From Azolla caroliniana (taxonomy: Eukaryota; Plantae; Polypodiophyta): a stretch of DNA of 64,000 bases. The notes beneath the pieces are model-generated. The model had not been told where the DNA came from, did not search any database, and worked only from the letters and a program-made list of their open reading frames with translations. The stretch lies in contig JBHGNT010000013.1 of the NCBI GenBank assembly GCA_043228905.1, forward strand, positions 1,240,001 to 1,304,000, read 5' to 3'. The stretch's first letter is position 1; each line of letters opens with the position of its first letter. This document shows, in pieces, positions 1-12,720 of this stretch. A program made the translations under genes and the position numbers.

Positions 1-54
1 GACAGTTTGTTCATCTTCCCATCCTCATAGCTCTCCCTCTCATAAGCCATAGTT

Positions 55-1071
55 ATGTCTGACTCAACTAGTGAGTTAGGCCAAATAATGGTAGCCTTAC
101 GACAACTACAACTTGAAAATGAAGCTCTTTGAAATTCTTTACAAGAACTTCAAGTCGGTACCTCCCTATCCTCACAACCCCCGAACCCTAGTCTCCCACA
201 ACAACCTAGCCTAGAGCCCGATCTTCTACCAACATCTAGCCTAGCTTTGTCATAGTTTCTTGAGCCTAAGGTTAGCCTCCCAGAAAAATTTGATGGAACG
301 AGGTCGTGTTTCCGAGGGTTCATCAACCAAGTTCAACTTATCATTCGGCTACAACCTCAACGTTATGGAGATGGTCTTCGACAAGTCGGCCTTGTGGGCA
401 CCCTTCTCTCCGGTCCGGCCCAAGCTTGGTTTGCACCATTGGTAGAAACCTCGTCACCTCTATTGGAGGACTTTCCCGCCTTCCTCGCCGAGTTAGAGGT
501 CACATTTGGAGAGACGGACCGACGACGTACATCTCTTAACAAGATTTATGCACTCGAACAAGGTTCGCGTGCAGCTTCGGTCTATGCTTCAGAATTTTGA
601 CAACTAGCATGCAACGTCAATTGGGATGATCAAGCTTTAGCTGATCACTTTCGGTGCGGCCTTCGAAGCAATGTCAAGAATCTTCTCTTAAACTTTCCGG
701 AGCCCACCTCGTTATCCCAAGCGATTTCACAAGCAGTCCATTGTGACAATCGTCTTTTCGAATTTCCCCAAGAAGAGCGCCGGACTTGGGTTCCACCTCA
801 TTCACTTCCACGCCATGCCTCGATCATACAACCCCAGGCATCCTCACACTCGCCTACTTTGGCAAATGCTCCTGTCCCCATGGAAATTGATCAAGCCCGA
901 TTTCAGCCATTGACTGATGCTGAACGACAATTTCGGCGGGCTAATGGCTTGTGCATGTATTGTGGCGCCTCCGGTCATGTCGTTCGCCATTGTCCTAGGA
1001 GTACTCGCCCACAATTCCATCGAGCTAACAGACCCCAACATCCGGAAAACGACATCGTTCGGTTGCAGTAG
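55..1071 (+). pseudogene. gag: gag of Tcn1-like gypsy element (PEG10/RTL-like capsid + CCHC knuckle)
   Basis: ATG at 55; PEKFDGTRSCFRGFINQ; PVPMEID; CMYCGASGHVVRHC; internal stops. Confidence 0.85.
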
Positions 1072-4000
1072 GAGCCATGCAACTAAACATCTCCCATCGC
1101 CCACATTCTCTTGGTTCCATTGCCCGACCATTAGGCAATTTCACATTGGAGGTATGGCTTTCGTTTAACTCTAGTTCCATTCAGTCTGTTGCTTTACTTG
1201 ATTCTGGGGCATCTTCTTGCTTCATCGACATCGCATTTGCCCAAGCACATGGCGTACCTGTCGTTGGCCTCTCAAAACCCATTCCAGTTGAAGCCATCAA
1301 CGGGTGCGTCCTCTCATCAGGTGCAATTACTCAAGCTACAATCCCATTAGGGCTTCGGGTGGGCTCACACCAGGAGGAGCTCGCCTTTTACCTCATCGCA
1401 TCTCCTCGACATCCGATCGTCTTAGAACTAACGTGGTTGGAGGTGCACAATCCAATAGTGGATTAGTGCAACCGCTCGATCACATTTAGCAAGCCAAGAT
1501 GCTCGTGCAAAAGTATGAAGGTAAATTCAGTTTCCTATCCTTCGGAGACCGTCGATTCCGAATTGACTACCCCATCATCGGTCCAGGATGGGTTTGTTTG
1601 TGGCGCCATTTCTAACACACTCCATGTTATTCAAATACCAACACTTCTCTGACGTATTTGAAAAATGTAATGTTGATCGTTTGCTTGAACATCGGCTCTA
1701 CGATTGTCTGATTGATCTTCAAGAAGGTGCGTGTCCACCCTTTGGTCCTCTATATGCGTTATCTACACCAGAGTTGAAGGCCCTTCGTGTGTATCTCGAT
1801 GAGAACCTCGAGAAAGGATTTATTCAACCTTCTAAGTCACCAGCCGGGGCCCCCATTTTATTTGTAAAGAAGAAGGACGGCTCTCTACGCTTATGCGTCA
1901 ACTACCGAGGTCTCAACAAACTCACTGTGCGCAACCGCTATCCGCTACCTCTGATCCCCGAACTCCTTGATCGGCTCTGAGTTGCGCGTGTCTTCTCCAA
2001 AGTTGATCTGCGTGGAGCGTACAATCTAGTACGCATCAAGCCGGGGGATGAATGGAAAACCGCATTTCGAACACGGTATGGGCATTTCAAATACAAGTAA
2101 TGCCTTTTGGTCTTACTAACGCTCCCGCAGTTTTTCAACATATGATGAACGATATATTCCGGGAATATCTTGATCTTCTTGTTGTCATTTACCTCGATGA
2201 TATTCTCATTTTCTCGCCAAACATGGAGGAGCACACTCGCCAAGTCTGATTAGTTCTTGCCAAACTTCACGAGCATGGCCTTTATGTCAAAGGCGAGAAA
2301 TGTGAGTTCGACCGTACCTCGATCGAATTTCTGGGCTACATCATCTCGCCCACTGGCATCACCATGGATATGAAGAAGGTCTCTGTCATTCAGGCGTGGG
2401 CGACTCAGAGGCGACTTAAAGATGTGCAATCCTTCCTCGGCTTCACGAATTTTTACCGTCGCTTCATCAAGGGGTTTTCCACCCTAGCACAACCTCTGAT
2501 CACTCTCACCCATAAAGGCACTCCATTTTTATGGACCTCGGAGGCGCAAAATGCTTTCGACTCACTCAAACACGCATTCATCACTGCCCCGGTGCTGCTA
2601 CATGCTGACCCCACAAAACCCTTCCAAGTCGAAACCGATGCCTCTGACTTTGCCATTGGCGCCATCTTATCCTAGGCAAATGACAACAACCTAATGCACC
2701 CAGTGGCTTACTATTCCCGAAAATTTACAGCATCCGAAATCAATTATCCCATTTACGACAAGGAGGTTGCTACTATCATTGCTGCCTTTGAATAATGGCG
2801 ACCCTACTTGGCCGACGCACAACATCGTGTCCAGGTAGTGACTAATCATAAAAATTTAGTTTATTTTTCCACCACTCGTACTTTGAATCGAAGGCAGGCC
2901 CGTTGGTCGACATTTCTCGCCGACTACGATTTTGAGATCGTATTTTGACCTGGGGGCCAACATGGGAAGGCTGATGCCCTTTCTCGCCGAGCTGACCTTG
3001 CACTCCACCCTGGGGATGCTGCTTATGCTCAACAATCTAGACGTTTGTTGAAACCCGACCAATTGCATCTTTTTGCCACTTGTATGTTGCAGGATGATTC
3101 TTTACTCCAACAAATCACTGATGCATCCAAGACCGATGCGTTCGCCAACAAGATTCGAGATAGTCTGCAAAACCCCTCCAAGGCTACCAAAAGGAAGGAT
3201 CTTGACACCTTCACCATACAAGAGGGTTTGTTGTTCTGAGATCATCTCTTATACGTCCCAGAGGGCCCATGTCGCACCCGGGTGTTGCGGGAATGCCACG
3301 ATGACCCACTTGCAGGTCATTTCGGGGTCGCGAAAACCCTCGAGCTAATCTCAAGGGGGTATTGGTAGCCACAACCATGGAAGTTGTTCAAAGAATACAT
3401 AAAGAGTTGTGAGGTTTGTGCTCGCTCCAAAGCCATTCATCATCGGCCATACGGCTTACTACAGCCACTTCCATGTCCTCGTCGTCCTTGGGCCTCTATC
3501 TCTATGGACTTGATAACTGATCTACCCTTGGTCAATAGCTATGACTCGGTGTTGGTCGTTGTCGATCGGTTTACGAAGATGGCTCACTTCACTCCATGCT
3601 CCAAAACCATTTCCGAAGAAGGAATGGTGCATCTACTACTCAACAATGTGGTGCGGTTGCATGGACTCCCCGATGATGTCATCTCGGATCGCGGACCCCA
3701 GTTTGTCTCTCACTTCTGGCAGCACTTGCTACAAACTTTAGGCATCTCTTTCAAGTTGTCCTTGAGCAAACGGAACGTATCAACCAAATCCTTGAGCAGT
3801 ATCTTCGGTGCTCGGTTAGTTACCAACAAGATGATTGGGTCAACTTACTTTCACTCGCGGAATTCGCCTACAATAATTCTCTCCATGTATCGACTGGCGT
3901 CACTCCCTTCTTTGCAAATTATGGTTTACATCCTCGCTTCAACATTTCCCTTCCTACCACTTCCATGAACCCTTCGGCGGAGGATCGCGCCCACATTTTG

Positions 4001-4547
4001 GAAGAACTACATCATGATTTATCCTTGGAGCTTAGTCTTGCTAGTGAAGATACAAGAAGCAGGTTGATCGCCATCGATCTTCCACTCCACACTTTGTCGT
4101 TGGAGACATGGTCTAGTTGTTACGTCGACACATCTCTACTACTCATCCATGTGCGAAACTTGATTACAAGAAGTTGGGACCATTCCGTATCATCGAGTGC
4201 ATCAATCTCGTTGCCTTCTGGCTCGCCCTTATATCCCACTTCCGGATTCACGATGTTTTTCATGTGTCCCTCCTCGAACCCCATTATGCTTCACAACTCC
4301 CAGGAGGTCAGGCCCCACCACCACCACCTGTGCAATTGACGACAAGGGAGGAATACGAGGTCGACCAAATCCTTGACTCGCGTTGGCACTGTCGACACTT
4401 GCAATACCTCGTCCTATGGAGGGGTTACCCCATGTCTGAGGCCACGTAGGAACCATCGGCAAATTTACAAAATGCCCCAGAGGTTGTCCAAGATTTTCAT
4501 CACCGATATCCCCACAAACCAGCGGCCGATTTGGGAAGGCGGCATAG
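1044..4547 (+). pseudogene. pol: pol (PR-RT-RH-INT-chromodomain), in -1 frame relative to gag
   Basis: ORF pieces 1077-1466, 1588-1980, 2052-2249, 2364-2675, 3384-3968, 4117-4449 carry canonical gypsy motifs. Confidence 0.88.
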
Positions 4548-4559
4548 GAGGGGGGATAA

Positions 4560-4913
4560 TGTCAAGATTCGAACTCTTGACACGACCATGTTATAATCTA
4601 GTATTATGAGTTAACCAAGATATCTAGTACATAGTTATGTATGTAATTGGTCCTTATTATTTTGCTAGCATCATGTGCATAGTTGCTCCCTTGTAGTATT
4701 TACACTTGGCACATGCATGCATACCTACATGCTCTATTGTAGATTCACATGCGTGCAACAAGTATGCATGCCATGTAGTATAAATAGAGGAGTTCACCTT
4801 GAAGGAATTCAAGGTGAACAACACCAATTATGGAGTCTTTGCTTTAATACTATCGTCTTTCTTGTCCATTTGGTTATCTTCTTGCTTGTCTCTTGAGCTT
4901 ATGATCCGTGACA
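4560..4913 (+). repeat. 3' LTR of Tcn1-like gypsy (~354 bp)
   Basis: Follows PPT; TGTCA...TGACA termini; TATAAATA near 4779; copia RT sequence resumes at 4914. Confidence 0.8.
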
Positions 4914-5762
4914 CCAAGCATACCATACTTCTTCAACATAGTTGTTGCATACTGTTTTTGCAACATATATATACCACTTTAAGATCTGATCATTTCAATA
5001 CCAAGAAAGTATCTAAACTCTCCCAAATGCTTCATATAAAATTGCATTTCCAGATTTTTCTTCAGCTTATGTATTTCATCCATAGAATCACCTCTAATGA
5101 TTAAATCATCTACATATAACAAGATAACAACAATGCAATCATTTATCTTCTTTACATACAATGATGGATCAACTTTTGACATTTTGAAGGCAATTTGTTT
5201 CAGAGATTCTGAAAGTTCTTTATGCCATGCTCTCGGTGCTTGTTTCAGTCCATTGAGGGCCTTTTTCAGCTTACACACATATTCTAGATGCTTCTTATCT
5301 TCAAAACCTGGTGGTTGACACATATACACTTTTTCTTCCAAGTTACCATACAGTAAAAAAGCATTTTTTACATCCATATGGTGCAGAACCCATCTTTTGG
5401 TTGCACTCACAGCAAGTAGTGTCCTCAATGTTGCCATCTTTGCAACCAATGCAAATGTTTCGTCATAATCAATTCCTTGCATCTGGGCATATCCCTTTGC
5501 AACAAGTCTTGCTATATGTCTACTAACATTTCCATTTGAATCATGCTTTGCCTTGTAGACCCATTTGCATCCTACAATAGTTTTTTTCCTTTTGGTAGCT
5601 TTACCAAATCCCATGTTCTGTTTTCAGGCAATGCATCTATTTCTTCTTGCATTGCATTCACCCATTTCTTATCAGATTTTGCTTCATCAAAACTATTTAG
5701 ATCAGGGATTTGTACCACTTTAGACATGTATGCATAATGCATTGTCATGTTTGTATCATAAC

Positions 5763-5875
5763 TGTGAAAGAATAGTGTGTGGAAGCAATAGAAAACCAAA
5801 CACAGAAATGCAGGTTTAATCGAGAGCTTAGAATATACACAGTACATGGGAGAGAGAGAGAGAGAGAGCACACAA
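5763..5875 (-). repeat. 3'-end fragment of a copia LTR (related to LTR 34328-34779) replacing the INT-RT linker
   Basis: Reverse complement resembles 34645-34779 (GCTCTCTC..GTACT..AAGCT..ATTAAACCT..TCTGTGTTT..GCTTCC) and ends CTTTCACA. Confidence 0.6.
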
Positions 5876-7942
5876 ACTCAATTCAAAAAATACATCACGA
5901 CTTACCACAATCTTTTTTGTCAAAGGGTTATAGCATCTATACCCTTTTTGCTCCTCTGAATATCCAACAAGAACACATTTTTCAGCTTTTGGATCAAGCT
6001 TACTTCTTACTTCAGCATGTACATGAACATAGGCAAGGCATCCAAACACTTTTAAGTGTCCTAAACTAGGTTTCCTTCCATAGAAACATTCTTCAGGAGT
6101 TACTTCATGTACTCCAGATGTTATACATCTATTTAGAATAAAGTTTGTTGTGTTTACAACTTCTGCCCAGTAATACAATGGCATATTTTTTTCAGTCATC
6201 ATGGCTCTTGCTATGTTCACTAGAGTTCTATTTTTTTTCTCAGCAACTCCATTTTGTTGTGGAGTATATCTACATGTAGACTGTCTCCTTATTCCTTGAT
6301 TACATAGAAAATCAGAAAATTCATTTGAGAAATATTCTCCTGCTCCATCAGATCTTAAACACTTTATTCTAGTCCCGACTTGCTTTTCTACCATGCATTT
6401 GAACTTATGAAAGCAATAAAATACTTCACTTTTTTCTTTCATGAAGTAAACCCATGTTTTCCTTGAGCAATCATCAATAAAAGTTACATAGAACCTGCAA
6501 CCACCAATTGATTGATTTTTTGTTGGTCCCCATACATCCATATGTACCAAATCCAACAAATTTTTGCTTACATGTCTTTCATTAGGGAAACTGCATTTTT
6601 CCTCAACATATTTTTCAAGGTTTGCATACTTATGTGACCGATTCTTTTATGCTACATCTCCACATCTGAGATTACATTCATTCCTTCTGCAAACATGGTT
6701 GTAATCTTTTTAGGCATGTCCACATCTAACACAAACATTCTTCCTTGCCGTTTTCCTTTTGCAATAAGCTTTCCATGTTTCTCTATAAAGCATCCACTTT
6801 GCTTAAATTTAACTTGCATTCCTTGCTCTACTATCTGTCCAACAGAAATAAGATTTTTTGCAAGGTTTGGCACATGCATAACATTCAACATATACTTTGT
6901 TTTTCCTTTTTCTTCCCAGAATGGGATATCTCCAACATGCTTGATTGTATGAGTGGTATTATCACATGTCTGTACGTAACCAAGAATCTCTGGTTCTCTT
7001 AGACTTTCAAACCAATTTGCATGTCTAGTCATATGATTAGATGCCCCATAATCTACATACCACATATAATCTTCATTGCATCTTTGTGAACATTCAGTCA
7101 TTGTTGTTGTTTCATGTTGCATTACAAATGCACCATCTTTATCACAGTCTTCACTAGTTGAAGCATAGTTATTTTGCTATCTCTTCCCTCTTTTTTCATC
7201 ATTTTGCTTTTTATAGCATTCAGCCTGTGTATGGCTTGGTTTTCCACAATATCAACAACCATCATCATTCAAATAAGTTTGCTTACCTTTGCCTCGATTG
7301 CTACCCCTGCCTGTGATGTTGTTTCTTCCGCTTGTAGCTTGTTGTCCTCTATCTTGATAATTATTGTTGGTTCTAGCTAAACCAAAACTTCCATGGCCTC
7401 TTCCTCGGCCTCTTCCAGCACTATTGTAGAGGGCTTGCCCCTCAGTCTCAGAGTTTCCTTTGTTTACATCATCCATCTAATTTCTTTCTTCCACTACAAG
7501 CATTGAAACTAGATCTGGAAAATAGATGTTTTGAAACTAGATCTGGATGCTATCCCTTGTGAGAATAGATGTTTTGAAGCTTTTATATTGAGGTCCTAAG
7601 CCTCTTAAGCATATTTCCACCATATCATCATCTTCTACCTTTACATTAATAGAAGCAAGTGATTCAAAAATGCTCTTTATTTTCAGAGCATACTCATTAA
7701 CTGACATCTTACCTTTTTCCAAAGGTATTTAGCTTAGTCTTCAATTGAAGCTTTCTAGCCTTTGTGCTTACTACAAACAATTTTACCAAACTGTCCCAAG
7801 CTTCTTTTGGAAGCAAAGCATCTTGTATGTGTCCAAGCATCGAATCTAAGATGTTAACTAACAACCAATGCAATACTTTCCTTGCCCCTTGACTCCATTC
7901 CTTAAATGCTTTAATCTGTGCAGTAGTTGCATTTTCTTTAGG

Positions 7943-8072
7943 GATCTCTAGAGCCTCTTCTAGGTCTCCTTCAATGTAATCCAAGTATACTTTTCCCATC
8001 AGGAAATGATCTCTAGAGCCTCTTCTAGGTCTCCTTCCATGTAATCCAAGTATCCTTTTCCCATCAAGAAAT
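7943..8072. repeat. 65-bp tandem duplication in copia gag
   Basis: GATCTCTAGAGCCTCTTCTAGGTCTCCTTC... starts at 7943 and 8008. Confidence 0.9.
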
Positions 8073-8272
8073 TTGTCATTTTGAATTTCCACGCAGGGAA
8101 ATTGTTTTTGTCCAACTTTTCTATGACTATTTGGCTTCCATTCTCAGAAGCCATTCTCTCTTTCAAATTAGGGTTTTTGCTACAATTAACTTCACAGACA
8201 ACTCTCTGATTCAGACCAATAAACAGAACCAAACTTCTCAGATTTGTATTATTCCTCTTTACGAGCAACTCT

Positions 8273-8284
8273 GCTCTGATACCA
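8273..8284 (-). promoter_or_regulatory. Primer-binding site (tRNA-iMet) of copia A
   Basis: Reverse complement TGGTATCAGAGC directly abuts LTR end. Confidence 0.9.
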
Positions 8285-8647
8285 TGTTACGAAGGCGCTT
8301 CGGCTCTTCTTAGTGCACAGTGGATCGTGATGTGCTGGATCGTTTAGTGTGCTCAAGACAGAAAAGAAAGGGGGAAGGAGACATACTTTTGTAGCAACCC
8401 AAAAGCTTCTACTTCATTACATAGAACAATACCTCTCTCGTCTGTTTTCTTCTTCTCTTACAACTACACTCATTACTACTTTTTTACCTAAGTTATAAGT
8501 GACTTACATATTCAGCTAATTAGCTATGACTAGCTAAATAGTTGTTTTACCTACATGTCCATTAGTAGCTAATTTCCCAATAGCTAGTATAGAAGATCTC
8601 ACTTACCATCATGCACCATATGCTTTTGTTGAGCTTGTTTCTCAACA
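8285..8647 (-). repeat. 5' LTR of copia A (outer boundary uncertain)
   Basis: Minus strand TGTTGAG...GTAACA then PBS; no second LTR in window to confirm. Confidence 0.55.
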
Positions 8648-8768
8648 ATTTTTGCGTCATCGTCACTACTTGCACATTGTCACCACCATTTCTCACACAC
8701 TCGTATCCCCGCGTATCCTTCTTCAACTTCGTCTCCAAAGGGGGGTTGCCTTAGTGGTCACCAAAAAG

Positions 8769-9162
8769 TGTTATAGGTTTTAGGGTTGATGATGAGAATC
8801 ATTGCGGGGTGGGGGGTAGTGCCTAGAATGGCTCCACCCCAAGGGTTCAACGAGAGAGAAGGAGAGAAAGAAAGGTGTCAAAGACAATGAGATTGAGGGA
8901 GAACTTATTCATTATTCATTCATTCCTCATAAGGGTGTTAAATAGTTACAATGAGTTTGGATACATAGGGGTGCTAGCCCCCTTAGCCATTCACGCAAAC
9001 CACTCACTCACACCTCTTCTTATTTGTCCACTTGTGCATGTGTTCACATACGTATCTACTCACATTCGCAATTACACTTATAATCATATACATTACACAT
9101 ATATAAAACAACATTAAGTTTTTCACCCTCACTCAACTATTCGTGCATCTCATACGGTAACA
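8769..9162 (-). repeat. Probable solo/partial LTR
   Basis: Minus strand TGTTAC...ATAACA, CT-rich 3' part; truncates the adjacent LINE relic; no TSD seen. Confidence 0.35.
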
Positions 9163-9678
9163 ATCAAACCATTTTTTCTTTTAATTACATTTCTTGATGT
9201 ATTTCCAAGATATGTGCTTGGTCGAGAAACATTCGTTTGCACATGAGAGAATGGCTTTCTTAAAAGCTTCCCATTTGTATTCTAGTGTGGGCCCATGTTG
9301 TATCTTTGTCATTTGTAACATATCCTTAACCGTCTTGGAGTACATGGGCACTCGCTTAAGGTTCATCCTCAAGTGGGGTTGGCATTTCGTACCTTTAAGG
9401 TATGCCCAACTATTTTCGAGTATGATCTGCCGCTTTGTATCATCTGTCATTGTGCTTAAATAGACCTTTCTCTGGAGCGAGTAACACCATATTTCCCCAA
9501 CTCTGTGTGCCCCATATACATTCACATCCGACTTACCATAATGCATGCTAAAAAAATTCACCAATGGCCTCGAGAGATGTGGGTGTTTCCACAATCTCCT
9601 CTTTAATCCCACAGATACAATGTTCTTTGATTCTCGTTCGCATTCTTTCAATTCTCGAGCATCTATGCTTTCTATATT

Positions 9679-9681
<3 letters not shown>
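9163..9681 (-). pseudogene. LINE ORF2 relic (end of APE endonuclease and linker)
   Basis: RESKN..SV, LSTMTDD (SDH-like), WEAFKKAILSCANECF, then KKWFD. Confidence 0.45.

Positions 9682-9720
<39 letters not shown>
9682..9720. repeat. (AG)n microsatellite
   Basis: Direct reading. Confidence 0.95.
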
Positions 9721-9723
<3 letters not shown>

Positions 9724-11499
9724 TCAAAAGGAACCTCAAAAATATTCTACAAGTAATCAAATACACCATGGTAATTTCTAATTATACGAAACGTACATCT
9801 TTTTCTGTATTTTAAACCTTACTATCTTCACAAATGAAACGGAAACAAGAATTTACCCCTTCCTTTGCTTCACCATCATTTCCTTCACTTTACAAAATCT
9901 TCCAAAACATCACGATCATATCACAACTATTAGCATTACATGCACTATGAACATTACCTCATTGCCTTTATACATAATATAGGAGACTCTCCGATGTCCC
10001 CAACAAATGATTGTTGATTCATTGACAAGGTTCCCTTCCTTTAATGTTGTGTTTGTACGACATTAAGCTTTTGTGGGCTCAAATAAAAACTCTTTGCAAT
10101 TCTAGTTTGAGGTTAAAACAATGGCTTTACTTGAGCCACTTTATTTATTTATTTACTTGACAAATATAGTGTTGCCCTTTAAACTACTAACGCCCATTGC
10201 TAGAACCATTGATAGTACTACTGAGAGAATTGTATGTATGATCAATTAAAAGCACCACTATGTACTACAACGTTAAATTAATATTTCCATTTAGACATAG
10301 ACTTAAATGTTCATAACTAGCACTCTACCTCGTTTTCACAATATTTACTATTTCGTTCAATATTCATATGAATTACTTTACATCCAACTTTATCAAAAAG
10401 TAAGAAATGGCAAACTTTCACTAGATAATCATGGATGTTACTTGGGGAAACATATGCAATAAATATAACAAAATACTTATGTGTGTGTCCATTTTTGTAA
10501 CAAAAAGTTGACTCTTATTTGAGAATGGAACTTTATTGTAAAATAATATTATTCTTACATGAGGGAAAGTACCCAATGACATGACAAAGAATATTTGTTT
10601 GATTTAAAAACTTTTGAGGCATTGTGATCCATTGATAGATCCTACACGGGTAGAAATTGAGGATAACCATCATGGAAATTGTCATACAAGCTTGTGGAGA
10701 AGTAAGGTACCCCATCTCGAGATATCAAGAATGTTGATGTGCTCGGTCTCAAGCTTGCAAATGCGAAATACTTACAATCCGATATAACCTACATGAAGGT
10801 ACATTACGTGTCTAGTTAGGTTGATGCATGTGAGGAATATTATCATGTGAGCTCTACAATGAGCACAGCTAAATTATTGTACATGGTGTAAGAAACCTAA
10901 TATAAGGAATTATTCTTTTATCAAGCAAAGAGAAGAGAGTTGAGAGAGGATAATGCGTGTGTGTTTAGGTTGTAACGGGCCTTAGAAATTGCAAGAATAT
11001 GATGACAAAGCCAATATCTTAAAAAAGGATTAAACTAGAAGCAATGAAGTTGAGCAATAGTATAGAATGGCACTCGTTAAAATATATAAAATGTTTAAAG
11101 AAACAAGAAGAGCAATCATGAAATTGATGGCATGTTTTTTGCAAGCACCTTTACAAGAAAATTGTGTGAAAAAGAATCATGCACATAAGTTTTGCAACTA
11201 ATGTCGTCAAATCCAGCTTTAAAAATTGATTGTACAACAAAGAAGCATCTAGTTCGAAGTCAAATAACTTCTTTCAATTACAACAAAGTTATGAAGTACA
11301 TTCAACAACTATCACAATGAGCATTTTCGCATTGGACCAAAGCAAATATTCTAAAAAGTTAGAGATGGTACACATTATTTGTAAAGGTCTTTATTGGCAT
11401 GTAAGATGGGGCTAAAGAGTCTATTGCCCTAACATGAGCTTTATTGCAATTTACTTTGCACAAACCTATTTGTCATTTGAATTCATTTGGCTGATTATA

Positions 11500-12720
11500 T
11501 ATAATTACTTGGGTGTGGGTGGGAACTTCAGTAAACAAAGTGTATCCATAAGATAAATGCATATAGCTCCATGGGGTCGAAAGTTCATTTAATGAAATGT
11601 TTGATAAGATAAATGCATATGAGGCAATCTCAATAGATAGACTTATTGTTTATTTGATAAAATATAACATTGATGCAAGGTGGGTTCATTGGTGTTTATG
11701 GGTCACACTTAGTTTTTACAAGTGACAACTAATATCTTGTCCCATTGTTCCATCAAGTCTCTTCAATGGCTATCATCTTTTAAATTGTCATTTGTAGCAA
11801 TGCCTTCATTTGGAGAGCAATGATTTGGCCTTTACTTTTAGGATTAGAAATACAGAGATGTGGACTAGCAACTTGCAATTACTTCGTTTGGATTGTTTAG
11901 GTGGAGAATAACACTCCTTGTTTCATACAATGTCCTATACTTGGTCAAATTTGGGAGTACACTGTACATTTCTTAGATGTGGCATTTTTTATCACATTGA
12001 TATTTGACACCAACACAACACAAATTACACATTTCAATCCAAGATAAAAGATGTAGATCATTTTCCTTTTCATGAGATCGTAGGAATTGCATCATAATTA
12101 GAGAGAGAGATTCCAATGCCCCTAGAGCTTGGTTAGTTTTCAATATTCCGCATACATTGCACATTACCCGCTATATATAATGGTAGGATTAGTTTTTGAT
12201 GTAGGATGATACTCTCATCTTCATTTCGTGCAAAAGTATTAGTTAACAGATAATGGTGAATGTGTTGCCTTGGTGATGACTTTAAAACACAGATAAATGT
12301 ATGATGGGGTATGGTAATTTTGTATAATGATTGAGCAAGATGCTAAGCATAGATTCCTTAGATACCCAAATGCTAGGGCAAATTGGGTTGTTTTGCTCCA
12401 ACTTTGGGCATTGTTAACAAAGAATGTTTCATCACTCTTCCAATAGTTTTTTATTCAGGAACTAGGGTTTTACCTTCTTAATCATATAAGGTTATGGTAT
12501 GATTGGGTTTTGAGAAATGAATTCTTGTTTGATGGTCTCCATGGAGTACAATAGATTGGTAGGTTCAAAGGAAAATGGATTTGGCAATTTTTTGCAACCG
12601 TTGTCTACGAGTGTCGCGCACCTTATAGGATTTGCCTTGCCATAAGATTCTTACAATTCTAGTAAGGATAGGAGGGTTTTTCATTTGTATTCATGTTGTT
12701 TTGATATAAATATACATTTG
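11500..12720 (+). pseudogene. Highly decayed L1-type LINE ORF2 3' region
   Basis: DGVW*FCIMIEQDAKHRFLRYPNARANW near 12303-12387 resembles zf-RVT; NAFIW near 11800; boundaries approximate. Confidence 0.45.

Larger units (their letters stand above)
1..4913 (+). mobile_element. Degenerate Ty3/gypsy chromovirus (Tcn1/sushi-like); 5' LTR lies upstream of window; inserted into a copia RT gene
   Basis: Domain order gag-PR(ALLDSGAS)-RT(YLDD)-RH(VETDASD)-INT(SMDLITDLP, SDRGPQF)-chromodomain(EYEVDQILDSR); many stops and frameshifts; PPT GGAGGGGGGA then TG at 4560. Confidence 0.93.
4914..8647 (-). mobile_element. Degenerate Ty1/copia element A (gag-PR-INT-RT), interrupted by the gypsy element
   Basis: Minus-strand IEKLDKNNFPAWKF, WYVDYGASNHMT, VHMDVWGP...LRSDGAGEY...TPQQNGVAEKKNR, HMDVKNAFL...YVDDL; tRNA-iMet PBS at 8273-8284. 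Confidence 0.92.

Noticed and set aside
10533-10800. Possible plastid matK-like fragment (PCRIY..IGYF)
   Set aside because: Similarity is too short to support without a search.
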